Shown piece by piece: positions 14,033-28,100 of a DNA stretch of 64,000 nt. The DNA is from Podarcis cretensis (lineage: Eukaryota). The first letter of the stretch is position 1, and each line of letters begins with the position of its first letter. Where the stretch lies: contig OX638154.1 in NCBI GenBank assembly GCA_951804945.1, positions 44,764,001 to 44,828,000 of the forward strand. The letters are read 5' to 3'. Below the pieces are notes generated by a model that was not told where the DNA came from, did no database searches, and was given only the letters and a program-made list of their open reading frames with translations. The translations under genes and the position numbers were made by a program.

Positions 14033-15175
14033 CTTCTTCTTCTTCTTCTTCTTCTTCTTCTTCTTCTTCTTCTTCTTCGATCACTCGTAGCCGAGTAAGA
14101 TTGTCTTCCATAAACACGGTTTTAACAATGAGTCCGTAGGTAACGTCCTTCCGCAGTGGAGACATAGGTTTATGGGCACTCGCAAGCCAGTGCTTCTCAG
14201 TTGTTGGTGTTTATACTACATTTTTTAAAATTTGCCTTGAGACAGTCTTTAAACATCTTTTGTCGACCACCAGCATTACGCTTTCCATTTTTAAGTTTGG
14301 AATAGAGTAGTTGCTTTGGAAGACGATAATCAGGCATCTGCACAACATGACCAGTCCAATGAAGTTGATGTTGAAGAATCATTGCTTCAACACTGGTGAT
14401 CTTTGCTTCTTCCAGTACACTGGAAGAACACAGTTCAGCTGTCTTCCCAAATGATGTGTAAAAATTTTTGGAGACACCGTTGACGGAATCGTTCGAGGAG
14501 TTGGAGATGGCGTTTATAAGTGGTCCATGTTTCACAAGCATACAGTAAGGTTGGTAGTACAATAGCTTTGTAAACAAGCATTTTGGTTTCCCTGCGAATG
14601 TCCCAGTCCTCAAACACTCTGCACTTCAATTGGGAAAAAGCCACACTCACAGAGCTCAGGTGATGCTGGATTTCGGCATCAGTGTCGGCCCTTGTGGATA
14701 GATAACTGCCCAGGTAGGAGAAGTGATCAACATTTTCTAATGTAACACCATTGAGATGGATCTGTGGCTCTGCAGAGGGTTATTTTGTACTTGTTGGTGC
14801 AGCACTTTGGTTTTTTGGATGTTAAGCAATAGGCCAAGCATTTCGTAAGCTTCTGCAAAGATATTTAGGAAGGTTTGGAGGTCATCCTCTGAGCATGCAC
14901 ACACTACGTTGTCATCAGCATACAGAAGCTCTATAACGGAAGTTACAGTAACCTTACTCTTTGCTTTCAGCCTGCTCAGATTAAAGAGCTTTCCATCTGT
15001 TTGATATATGATTTCTACTCTGGTGGGGAGTTTCCATTCAACAAAGTGTAGGATCATGGCAATGAAAATAATGAATAGAGTTGGGGCAAGAACACAAGCC
15101 TGTTTAACACCTATCCCACTGTGAATGGTTCACTTTGAGAGCCATTGTTATCTGCGATTGTTGCTGTGACAATGC
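14033..15175 (-). mobile_element. 5'-truncated, frameshifted RTE-clade LINE with (GAA)n tail
   Basis: Minus-strand ORF fragments carry RT motif LLYADD and RTE-typical LLYACETWT and RLPKQLLY. The 3' end is the (TTC)n run at 14033-14078. Confidence 0.85.
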
Positions 15176-17431
15176 AGGCTTCCCCACCCTCCATCCCCTC
15201 CCCACACACCCAAGATTACTTAAGTAATTATAGGGTGATTGTGATAATGAAAAATCCACCCTTAATCAGGGAAAATCTTGAGTGAGCAGACTTTGTGGTG
15301 GCTCTTCTAAACGAGGCTTTTGCGGTGTGCTCACCCTCCCTTATTTGCTGAATACTTCAGAGGCTCCTATTCTTAAATTTCTCCTCTTCTTAAAACAAGT
15401 TGTCATTCTTTAAATGGAGGCTGTCTTTGCCTGTCATGTCACATATTTAAAAAAACATTTTTTAAGAATCCAGAGGGGGGACAAAGCACAGCTCAGGGTG
15501 GGGGAGACAATGACTGTGCACCGATTTGCCCCATCTTGGCTACAGGACTGGTCCTTGATGTGATCATTCATTGGTTACTGCTATGCCTGAAAGTAGTGGA
15601 TATAAAAGCTCCAGGTTCAGTCCCTGACATCTCCAACTGGGCCTGGGAAAGACCCTTGCCTGAAACCCTGGAGAACTGCTGCCTGTCCATATGGATAATA
15701 ATGTGCTAGGCTAGATAGACTGGTGCTGTGACTTGGTAATGTACAATACAACTTCTTAAGTTCCTATTAGTCCAAGTACTGCAAAACTACTTCAACTCAT
15801 TAGCAGCTGTGGTGGAATCTACATATAAAAACTGTTCTGAAAATGCTTTTTAAAGCGTTTTTAAAAATACATTGAATTTTCCATAAGGCATACCATCACC
15901 ATCTAGTGTCACATTGTATATTGCACTTAAAACACACTTAACATGTTTTATTTGGAGCTGTATAGATGAGTCTTGTAGGAGGCATTCTGCCATAAAATTC
16001 TCTTGCAAGAAATGCAGTAGGACAATAGACAATTCTTGGTTTTGCAAGTGAGAAGTTGTGCAGCCTGATCTATATTGATGCATTTGGGCTATAAGACCAT
16101 TACAATGAATTAACTTTGGCATGTGAGAAGGAAGGGATAGTGGTAAAAAAATAACCAAGGTTTAAAAGGATGCCACTACATGAAAGTTTGAAACTGATTT
16201 AAAAGAACTAAGTTTGTGTTAAGTAGACTTAAAAGAATTGAATGCATATAGTGTCCTGAGGAATTTGTTCCATTGTCTAGATATTTTTAAGACTCTTTTT
16301 CATAATTGCATCCCCATCAGCAAATGCATAATTCATGGACAAAATACAAAAAGTAATCTCTGGGCAGGGCTGAATGTTATGGGGGATACTTTGCTGCTGT
16401 TGCTGAAACCAGCAGTTTTGCATCTCTCCTTGCTAGTAACAAGCAGTGAAAGATCTCACACGTCGTAATGTCATCACAAACCATTCCTCTGGTTTACACA
16501 TTCACACTTCATTTCTGCTAGTGAGAAGAAGGTCTTGTGGCCCCAGCATCATTTATTAGAAACAGCTTTGCATAGCAACTGGAACGCCTTTGAGACCCTC
16601 AGCCGGTTCATAAGGTTTCTCTCACTTGTGTTGATAGACAGCAGACCATCTGCTAGCCAAGAGGGCAAATGCAGGCAAATGCTGCAAGCTCCAGAGTCCT
16701 AATAGGGTTGTCCAGCAACCGGAGTAGAGAATGCATGATGCCTTGACAGCTCAACAGCCATGAAAATTTGCAGGGGTATCCACAGTTGCATCCCCTTCCT
16801 TGAATTACATAACTCTGAAAGGCCCACATACATTCTCTGAGTTGCAGTCTGACAACCATAGCCATACATTCAACATTTCTGGCTCTGACCAGAAATAAAC
16901 AACACACAAAAAGTGCTGGCATGGCAATTTTGGGGTACAGGCTTTCAGGGGTGCTGGGGAAGAGGAGCAAAAAATCTTGCTGTAGCTAGGGATGGGGGGA
17001 GAACAGTGGGTCTCAAAATTCAATGGCGCCTTGTGCAATGCCAATATTTGATGTCCCCCCCCCTTGCCTTCCATTCAACATTATAATTGTGGCCCCCCTG
17101 CAGCACCCCCTCTCTGCACTCAGTGCAACCAAACCAGTCACACTCCCTTAAATCCACCTCTAGGGATTCAGTCCATCTCACAGTTTAATAAGAACAGACC
17201 TGGTCTGCATTTCCCAAAAGAATCTGTGATTCAAAACCTCCTTTGATATTCACACTGCTCCACCAAAAAAAAAAAAAAGGAAAAGTGTACAGAAGTGCAC
17301 AGATTAGGGAAAGTATGCACAAAATGCATAAATTAGTGAAAATAACATAAATGAATTGAATCATGTATGGACTTCATTCACATTAAATTCTCCTCCATCC
17401 CTAGCTGTACATGAATGTGAGGAGACAGCCG

Positions 17432-18270
17432 TGTTGTGGTCTCCATATTGTCTTGCTTTGACCTGGGAGTCATGGTGGTGGGAAATCCGCTCCCCTTCCT
17501 GGGGCGGGGCAGAGTTGCAGTTGGACCTCACGCTCTACCTATGCACAGCGGGGGGGCGTGGCGATGCCACCTGCATTACAGGGAGTCCCTGGCCGCGTCA
17601 CAGCCCCTGGCCGACCAATCCAGTCAGGGGGGCATGGCTTGGGCTATTGAACCAGCCACGCAGCCAGGGGGCTCTCCCTTCTTGCCTACTCGTGCTTCGG
17701 ATCTCCCGCCCTCCCACCCTATTTCCATGCATTCACCATCTTGGCCTTGCTATGGACCACGGTTGGTCACCTGTTGAGGAGACCAGGTAGGAATTTTCCC
17801 ACTTGGCAAGTTGGCACCAGCCATGTGGTTTTTGCCTGCGTTGTAGCAATTGTCACAACTTTGTAAGGTTTGGTGGTTAGGCATTGGAAAAACCTGGTTT
17901 ATGGGAGGGGAGGTTGTGGCCTTCACCTGCCCCTCCTCTTTAAGGGTATTCCGTTAAAGGGATCTGGGGGTGTACATCTTGTCCGAAGCCTGAGTATGGG
18001 CTAGGGCCATGCCACGACGCCATCAGGGACCCTGCGGGAGCTCACAATTGATGTACATCAACAGGGCTCCCCCTATTGGTGGTTGACCCTTTCTAGACTA
18101 CTGTACCTGCATGGCAGGCAGGGGTCAGATATAGTCGGTTCTAGTCCAGTGCCTAAGCCAATACCACTCACATCTGTAACCAATAAAGTTGTGGCCCATT
18201 AACCCAAATTTTGGTGTCCGTGTGAGTTATTATCCAGAAATGGGGGGGGGGCTCGGGGCCTTGACGTGCA
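17432..18270 (+). mobile_element. Possible solo LTR or GC-rich interspersed repeat between the chitinase genes
   Basis: TGTTG...TGCA ends, GC-rich relative to the flanks, CCAAT box, AATAAA near 18183. No TSD confirmed. Confidence 0.35.
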
Positions 18271-19108
18271 ATGGCAGCACACTCCTGCACTCACTATGAC
18301 CCCACCAAAAGGTTAGCATTGGGCATTCGGGAGCACAGTAACACCATTGGGAATGGCTGGGCAAAAGAAAAGAGAGAGGTCCTCCAGGAAAGGAAGCCTG
18401 GTCAGGAGGTGTAAAGGCAGAGCAAGCTATAGCCTCTCCTTCAGCAGAGACTTAGGCACAAAGGATTAAAGGGAAAGCAAAGATGACCAGAGTCCTCAGA
18501 GAGCTGGAAACAAGGTAAAGGATAGGTAGCTGCTGCACACAAAAGGAACCCCTAGGATGCAAAGGGTTCTTGTCTCTCTGTGGAGTCAAGGATCCACCTG
18601 TCAGTACCTGAGGGAAGGGCCTGTGTTGGGGATCTGAGGATCCCTTGTGGGAGGGGATAAATTAGGCAAATAGTAACATCCATGTCTGACAATGAATTAT
18701 TGTACAATGCCCGAGAGTCCCTGGATGAAGGGCAGTTTAGAAATATTCCTAATAAATACGTACATTGTAAAATAAAATACTTTTGCTGCCAGCTCTCCAA
18801 AGTTCCAACTTACATCCTTCCACCCAACTCCTCTCGTTAAAAGATGGTCTGAAAAAAGTATTATTCAGGGATCTAATGTGAAGGTGGATGTTCTTGGTGG
18901 CCAGAAACCATTCACATGCAGACAAAGTGTGCCAGTCAAACACACAGAGAGAGAGAGTTTCAAGTGTTATGAAATGTTTGCACTGAATTTCTCTCCGTAT
19001 ACAATAGTTATGTTGGTGCACCTAAATTGGGCTATATTGGCCAGTGTCCTCCTGCTGCCTCCCGAAATAATAAACAAAACATCAAAGCACCAAGATCCAT
19101 GAATAAAT

Positions 19109-19114
19109 TTTATT
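19109..19114 (-). terminator. Polyadenylation signal of the double-domain chitinase
   Basis: AATAAA on the minus strand about 80 nt after the stop codon, the same spacing as in the paralogue. Confidence 0.65.
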
Positions 19115-19195
19115 GCTCCATATGAAGAGAAAGGGAGGTGCTACAGGCATTGTAAGAAGAGGTGGTTGTTGTTAGCACCTTGCATCTGAGAGTCC

Positions 19196-22100
19196 TTAAT
19201 TCAGTGGCCAGTTGCAACACTTACAACTTTCATCAAAGACCAGGCCAGCTGCACAAGACATGGGGAATGTTGCAGTTCCAGCACAAATGTAGAATTTATT
19301 GGGATCGACTGGATTAACATACATGCCATCAGCTTTGTTTGCACAAAATTCTGTTCCAGGAGGAGTGGTGGGAGCATCTGGATCAGGTGTGGTTGTAGGC
19401 CCCGGAGTAGTAATAGGTTCAGGAGTGGTTGATGGTATTATGATGCTTCCTGGGTCACCACAAACTGAAAGAAACATGCAAAATCAGGAATCAGACATTT
19501 GCTTTCATCCACCAATAACTTCTTCCTAGAACTATTATAGTCTACGAGTATAAAAACCACCTGCTTTAGGAAGGAGGAATAGTAGTGAGCTGCACTTTCC
19601 ATAATGGGAAATATCATTACTCTCACATAATGTATGTGACTGGGTGTCAGAGCATTATATAATATGTTTGTATAAAATATCATGGAGGCAAAGCTTATTA
19701 TCCTGTATAAATTATTTTCTAATAAAATTCAGACACTCTGTATACAATGAGATTCATTTTGCTAAATAATGTTTTAAGCCATGCAGCAGCAACTGGGCAT
19801 TCAAAATAATGGATGCTCTAAAAGGAGCTTCTCACTCTGCTAGCTTGGTGGTTTAACACTAAACTAGAAATGTAAAAGCAATATTCCCCAAAATGAAGTA
19901 CAGTTGAACCTTGTTTTTTGAGCGTCTCGGAAGATGAACGTTTCGGTTTCTGAACGCCCGAAAACCTGGAAGTAATTGCTTCCATTTTCGAACGCACCTC
20001 GGAAGTCAAACAGCTTCCAAGGCACATTTCTCAATTTTCACCATTGAAATTGCCAACTGCCCTTTGTGCCTCACTTGTCAAATGTTTCAGAAGTCGAATG
20101 GTCTTCCAGAACAGATTACATTCGACAACCAAAGTTCCACTGTACTATGTTGTGTATGATTTGGTGTGATGGTCCATAGAAGCAAATGCCATGTGAAGTG
20201 ACTGTGCCTTTTTTGCCATACGCCCTGGTGAAAATCAACACAGTTGACTTTTAAGGAATGCATGCACTGCAATAAGTTCATCTGCTTCTTCCTTCATTTA
20301 AATAGCGCACACTAAGACATCGCGTGGCGAGATGAGCTTTTAAACACCATGTGCTGGTTCCAAAACATTTGCCACTAGGCTGGTTTGGACAATGAATGTG
20401 CATCTTTCCCATTACTGAAACATAGCTGCAAAGAGTCAGGTGTGGAATCTAAACAACTGTTTGGCTTTTGATAACTCCCCCACCTCCAATGATCCTTTGG
20501 TACCATCTTACCTTTGCCTGCAAGTAGGTTCTTCAGCTCATTTATGAGAGGGTAAGGTCCTTCACCACAGAATGAGCCACTGAAGTCATCCAGGTCAATA
20601 GCCCATACCATGCCACCACCAAATTTGTTGTCCTTCACAAACTGGGTCTATAAACAAAAAGGATAATGCTTTATGGCAAGCTCTGCTCCCAAGCAAGCAG
20701 TGAAAATTGTTGAGAAAAACCCACTAATTCAACACCAGTATGGCACCAGGAAAACTACCAAACAGGCTACTTGGCAAAATTACATCAGCCATTAATCTAG
20801 TCTTGATGTTTGTATCCTGAATGTTTGTGGGTTGGTCTACGTAGCCAACCAAGGCCACATTCACACTGCACCTTTAAAGCGCTATGATTCCCCTTTAAAT
20901 AGTCATGGCTTCCCACAAAGAATTCTGGGAGCTGTAGTTTATTAAGGGTACTGAGCATTGTTTGGAGACCCCTCTTCCCCTCCCAGAGCTCCAATCTCTC
21001 TTCACAGGGAACTCTGGGGATTGTAATTCTGTGATTGGAACAGGGGTCTCCTAACAACCCTCCGTGCCCTTAACAAACTACAGTTCCCAGAATTCCTTGG
21101 GAGGAGCCATAACTGTTTAAAGTGGTATCACAGGGCTGTAAATGGATGAATTACCATAATCCCTGGCCATGTGCCATGCTGGTTGATGGGAGTCCAACCC
21201 ACAATGGCTATTCCTGGTCTGCAATATGCAACTCCATTCTTCACTGCTGATGCCCTCTAAACATTCTGCCAGTCATGTGTAAACAGCTTCGTTTCCCCAC
21301 AGCTGGGAGAACATTTAAAGGACCCAACCATATGGGGGTATAAATGTTTTTCTAAGCAAGCAGCACCCACAGCACAATGTAGATTCCATGGGAAAAACAT
21401 GTGCAATAAAACCCTGCCCACATGGTTGAGTCATTTTATGTTATGGTTTTATTGTGTATTTCAGTGTATGATATAAATAAATCATTATACTTCAATTCCG
21501 CACTCTGAATAAACAAATAGTTGAGTAAACAAATAGCTCCTAAATGGCTGGGACAACATCTAAAGGTCACTTAGATCTGTAAATGAGAAATGGCAACTCC
21601 TGTGTTCAAATTATGCAACACAGGCATTCAGTACAGCACTGTGGGTAATAAGGCAGCATAAAATAAAAGGTCATAGTCAACAAAGGCAGCCTTACTTTGC
21701 ATCCATAGCTTTTTTTGTTGTCAAATCCAACCCACTCAGAACCTTTGTAAGCATAGGGAACACATTGGTCTTCAATCCATTTCACTGTAGCATCCCTTAT
21801 AAAGGTACAGATCTGCAAGCACAGTACGGTATTAATAGATTAATGGATTTGAATCAGATTAATCTGGTGGAACATGAAATTAAAGTCACAACAGAGAAGT
21901 TATTTGGTTTTAAATTATCTAATTCATGGAAACCACAGAAACAGAACTTTCTGTCCCAGTTAAGAGAGGAACACAGCAGACATCGCTGTTGACTTTTGGA
22001 GATGGAGGGCTACAGCCTTTGCAGGATGCCCTTGCAGGAACAATATGACTGCACCATAAAAGCTGCTTTGCAGACTAAGCAGCTGTTGTAAAAGTGGAGG

Positions 22101-25100
22101 TTTGAATTCCCCTACAGATTTGTTGTGTGGGTAAAACTACTCTGATATATGCAGATACCAAAATATTAGAAATTCAGCAAATAACCTCACACAACCGTAG
22201 TAACAGCTGCTAAGAAAAATTGTAATTTATCCAAATCCAGAAGGCAAGTAGAAAGACAGCATGATATTTATTTTGTAGCGTAATGTTGTCAAAATATTTC
22301 AGTGTGTTAGGTTCAAGATTTTGAAGGCACTTGTATATAAAATAATTTTGGCTCATTTGGTTTATATATTCTGGAAAAAAATATGAGAATGGCAGCAAAC
22401 CATGTGCAGTGCAGTCCTAAAGTATAGTTATGATGCAGCTTAATTCTTAGTAAGCGGGCATAAGATTGTAACTGTATTAGAGTGCAATTCTATATTCAGA
22501 AGCATGCTCCACTGAATTCAATAGGACTTATTCGCAGACAGGTAAGCATACATAGGACTGTAACCTGTTACCGGAAAAATCTGAGGGCTCCCTTGGACAA
22601 AAAGTAAAGACACCAACCAGAGTAAATTGGAGCAAATCAGCAGCCTGTAGGCTTGGTCTTTATTGAAGAAAGACTGTCGCGACAGGGTGCTCCCCTCACT
22701 TGCAGGTGAGAGGAAAGACACAGAAGAATAGTGTGCAAGGTCTTATAAAAACTTTTGAAATTCCCCTCCTCTAGGTCTAGCCCAGCCCCAGAAACATCAT
22801 GCATACATTACAGAAAGGAGGGGTTGAGGGAGGAGTTGTGGTGGTAACATCATGCATACATTACAGAAAGGAGGGATTGAGGGAGGAGTTGGTGGTAACC
22901 TGAGTGTCTTGTCACCTGGCTGGTTCCTCCTTTCCCCCTCCCCATGAGTCACTTCCAGGAACTTCCAGAAGACAAAGGGGAGTTTGCAGTTTCCTGCCCC
23001 CTGAGGGAAGATCTGATCAGTGTCCTTTGTTTCAGTCCATGCTGAATCCACTCCCATATGCAAGTTCTTTGTGATCTTGATTGTCTTCTGTCTGGGACCA
23101 TCAGGGTTGGCATAGCAACTGGGCAGGGCACCTGTGTATGTGCTGGGATGCTGAAGGGATTATGGCTGCCCTGTATCAAGTCTGCCCCATTTTGTAGTCT
23201 TTCCTTCATGGAGTAAAATAAAAGTGGAACAGTGCAAATCCAATGTATGGTTGATTTTCTATGAATTTATAACAGAAGCATAGCGTATGTAGTGCGTGAG
23301 TGTGAGTGTGTGTGAAGTTTGTACAAACAGAATGATTGGGGTGGGGGGGTTCCTGCTACAACCTAAAAGGCATCTTGCCCTAGGACTTCTCCAGCATCTT
23401 ACCTCATAGTAAGCCCAGAAACCAGCTTCACGGGTGTATGGTCCAGAAGAGCCAGCCCCAGAAGCAGGAGCACCCACTGATGTATCACTGGTAGTAAGCC
23501 TAAAGGTACGTCCATAGGTGGGAAATCCCATCATAAGCTTCCCAGCAGGAACACCATTGTCTCTCCAGTATTTCATGGCAAACTCCTGCAAATATGACAG
23601 TGTGAATTAACCTCACAATCGTTGTTTACCAACACTGTTACCGGGAAATTGGAATGGGGGTGAGAGACCTCCCCGCCCCACACAGCAACATCTACAACAT
23701 CTACAATCTACAAAGGCATTGCATCTGCAAGGGAAGCTCAGCTCAATTTGCAGAAGGAGCCTGCGACTCGCCTCTGAGCCCCAGGTCTCCAACAAAGGAA
23801 AACAGGGGAAGTGTCAGTACTAAATGTAGCAATTCACTTGATAAATGTATCTACGTACTGGCTCAATGGGAAGACTTTAGAAATTCATAAGAAATCACTC
23901 ATATCAATCTTCTCAGTTACAATGGCATTTAAAGGTAAAGGTAAAGGTACCCCTGCCCGTACGGGCCAGTCTTGACAGACTCTGGGGTTGTGCGCCCATC
24001 TCACTTAAGAGGCCAGGGGCCAGCGCTGTCCGGAGACACTTCCGGGTCACGTGGCCAGCGTGACATCGCTGCTCTGGCGAGCCAGAGCCGCACACGGAAA
24101 CGCCGTTTACCTTCCCGCTGGTAAGCGGTCCCTATTTATCTACTTGCACCCGGAGGTGCTTTCGAACTGCTAGGTTGGCAGGCGCTGGGACCGAGCAGCG
24201 GGAGCGCACCCCGCCGCAGGGATTCGAACCGCCGACCTTTCGATCGGCAAGCCCTAGGCGCTGAGGCTTTAACCCACAGCGCCACCTGCGTCCCTGGCTA
24301 CAATGGCATTTAGGACCCAGGAAAGTGAGGTATAAGGGGAGGGGTGTATGAGCCAACCATAATCCCCAAGAGATGTACAGTCATGTTTGCAGGGCCAGAC
24401 AGATAACCATCTCAATCACAATGCCTACCCACCCCATAGTGGGATGAAGCCCGGACAAGACAAAGGGCTGTATTTGACTTGACTTGGCAACCAGGGAACT
24501 GTAAATACTTTCCTTTGTACTGTGATGGAGTAAGTGTGAAAGACTATATTTGAGTGACATGGGCATGCCTGGATCTCACAATCTACCGAAGACCACACCT
24601 TTTCTGTGACATATCCATGATGTCTTGATGATGCATCCTGAGATGTATTATGGGAAACTTTGGGAAACTTTAAAATACTGGTGTAACCATTGTTCGGGGC
24701 TTCTGGCTGCTTCGTCTTTGTGGTAGTGGGAAGTCTTGTTGCAACGATAAAGATCAGGCCTACAGGCCACTGTTTTGCTTCTATCTCCTATAGCTAAAGT
24801 CTCATGTTTGTGACACCTGACCTGAACCTATGGGAGTCAAAGTTAGGCAGTTGTGGGGTTCTCCAAGGACTCCATGTTACAACACAAAGCAACCCGCTAA
24901 AGAAAATAAACCGTGCTTTATATTCTTACACAGTTGAAATATCTGAAGTCTCCAATATCAGCTGAACCAATGTACAGTGGGCTGTTGTGGCCTGTAAAGG
25001 TGTCCCAGCCACCATGGAAATCATAGGTCATCACGCTAATAAAATCCAGATGTCTGAAATGAAAAGTGCAGTTTAGAATTAGGCTGATTCAAACAACCAA

Positions 25101-28100
25101 GTCTAGGTAGGTTTTGTTATGTGGAGGTTCCGCACCCAGCACAGAGTGAAATAAACTTTTCACATCAGCATATTTTTGCAATGAAAACGTTTTTCAGAAC
25201 CTTATCAACCTCACCTGCAAGGGACCATGGGTCTGAGAGACCATCAGTCAGAATGTGGGGTAAAAAGCAAGTCAAAAGTCAGTCAAGGCCAAACTCTATG
25301 TGATGCTTATGTCTTTTCTGGCCTTGCCCAGAGGCTGCTGTGGTGGGGACTGAGAGTGAGAACCATGGTAGGGGACCATGCTTCTAACTGTAAAAAGCCC
25401 CCCTTCTGCACTTGCTATTCACAATGGAAGGAAAGCTCTCCCATTGACATCAAGGATGAAGGAGGGCAATTCTGATTGGGATTATGGTGGTTGCAAATTG
25501 TTAAAAACACCTTCCTGCCTGCCTTCACTTCATGGTCTTGATCTGGAGGGGGCGGAGGGCAGTATGCCTTAAAAAAATCAGCCATGTGAGGCCAAACAAT
25601 GCAACAAGTCTCGCAGGATGTTTGGCCTTTGGTACTCATTTCCAGTTGGCAGTCTCAGCTCTGGCAGCATGTGAAGCAATAATTGGAAAGGGAGTACACC
25701 TCTGTATGTAGCTTCCTTTAGCATCAAGTGATAAGGTTTACAGGCCATAGGACTGAAATTCCAAGCAGGCTTGATCAATTAAGCATTACTATAACTGCAT
25801 TTAACAAAGCTCTTTTTTTCTCTCCACTTACTTCCCTATTTCTTCAATTTCATATCCAGCATCAATGGTCGGTTTACCGGCAGAGACAGCTGCTGTCACC
25901 AACAACCTGTTGTTCCCAGTCTCTTTGGCCTCTTGGTCAAAAGCTGCTACCATTTCCTAAAGGAAGAGAATGAACTATTATCCCAGCCTTTTGTTAAGAA
26001 ACAGTCCTATTTCTACAGGTCTCTACAAACCTCTTCTGAGCAGCAAAGCTTTCTTCCCCAACTGCGAAGCCTGACCAGCCGGATTGCTGAACTTACTGAT
26101 CTCATACCTGGATCAGGATAGTGAAACGATGCTTGTCCTCAGGGGGGCTACCCCTAGAACCTGGATATTCGAAGTCCAGATCAATCCCATCAAAGCCAAA
26201 TTTGCGGAGGTATGCTATAACTGAGTTTATGAAAGTCTTGCGGTTGGCTGCAGTGGAGACCATGGTAGTGAATCTGAAGGAAACAAAAGCAACAGTGGAG
26301 TCTGGCAGCACCTTCTTAAAAGAGCATTCCTAGGCAAGAGTATAGCCTACCTTCATCCAATTTACCAAGGTACAGTTCTGCACCTCTGTTTTTCTTGCAT
26401 CTGTTGCTAGTATCTTTCCTTTTCTTTTGTTTTTTGTCAGCCAATCCAACTGCACATTGCTTTACAGACTATTTTTTTCTGTTCCTCAGCTTTGTTTTCT
26501 TGCTTTCTTTGCTTTATGCAGTTGAGATACTTCCATTATCAGCCACAGTCCTACCCTCAGTTATATGACATTTAGCTTTGCATAAATCTGTGTTTGGGTT
26601 TGTTCCCCCCCCACACACACACACCCTACATCTTGGTCTGCAGCACCTTGCAAGAGAGGGTGGAAGGCCAAACTTTCCTTATCTCTTCATGCTACCTGAA
26701 AGTGGAGAGTGGGGAAGGAAAGGCCAGAATGCATCTGAGGAAAGAATGGACTAACATCTCCCATGGATATCCCCGGTCTGGTCTGGTCAACATATGCAGT
26801 AAAAGAAGAGGGAAAGAGCCCTGAGGTGGTAAAATGGGCTGTACCATTTCAGTCTGGAGAGGAGGGTTGCTTTCAAATTTTTAGTGCACTTTGTGTTAAG
26901 AGTTTTCTTCAAGTACAAAGGATAGAACACTAAGATGCAGGCTAAACCATAATCTGTCTCTCATGTATTTTTAATCTGGAAAGGAACATTTTTAAAGTGG
27001 CATTATTGATCTGCAGCCTGAAATGGTACAGTCCATTATGCGCTTCAGGACTGTACCACCTCAATTTACTACAAATACAGACCAGGCATCTGCCTCCATT
27101 CCTGCCTTCCATCTCCTAAGGAAGGAATAAGAAAGCAGCAAACCCTGAATGTAAATATACAGCTGTCTATAGCTGGGTGCACATTATACCTTTAAAGAAC
27201 GCTCTTTCCCTCAAAGAACTCTGGGTACCATAATTTGTTAAGGGTGGCTGGGAATTGTCACTCCATGAAACGTAAACCACAGTGCCCAGAATTCTTTGAG
27301 GGAAAGAATTTGTTTCAAATGTGCTTTAAGTGTGTGATGTATACACAGTCGTGGGCACTGTCACATCTAAGAAGGAAGTGACTGAATTAGGCATGTCAGA
27401 GAATAGCTCTCCCGTCTCCTTGCACTTGCCATTCTCAGTCTCTTACTCTCCTGTTACAAAAAGTACAGAGAGGTCAAACAGACCTGGAATCTTGAGGGAG
27501 GGCATCCCAGATGGCACTGCTTAGCTTACAGGAGTCTGATTCCACTCACAGTCTGTCAGTTGTCAAATACTATCATGTTCAACAGTTGTATGCTGATTAC
27601 CACTCATGTTTCCAAAGTTATAGAGAAAACTTACTTCTGTGTACCAAAGTTCCACCCTCCAATAGCCAGCAATGTCACCAAGGCAGAATTTCTGTGAAAA
27701 GGAAATATATATATATAAACAAAAACTGAAAACAGATTTGATGTAGAAAATATACAGATATTGTTCTTGTTAAAACTAAGCTGCTCACTATTTATATCTT
27801 CTGCCTGCCAAAATTTCCCGCTGACTTCTACTTAATGCTTATATAAAGTCAAGTTTACATTACGGAACAAGTTCTTTCTTTATGAGGTCTACTGCTACCA
27901 ATGTATCATTATCACCAGATCAGATGGCACATCTGCAATATCTGTACAGTGGTACCTCGGGTTACATACTCTTCAGGTTACAGACGCTTCAGGTCTGTAA
28001 CCTGAACCAACCCAGAAATATTACCTCGGGTTAAGAACTTTGCTTCAGGATGAGAACAGAAATCGTACGGCGGCAGCAGGAGGCCCCATTAGCCAAAGTG

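Noticed and set aside
13941-14165. Poly-Glu ORF
   Set aside because: Translation of the (GAA)n tail of the RTE LINE.
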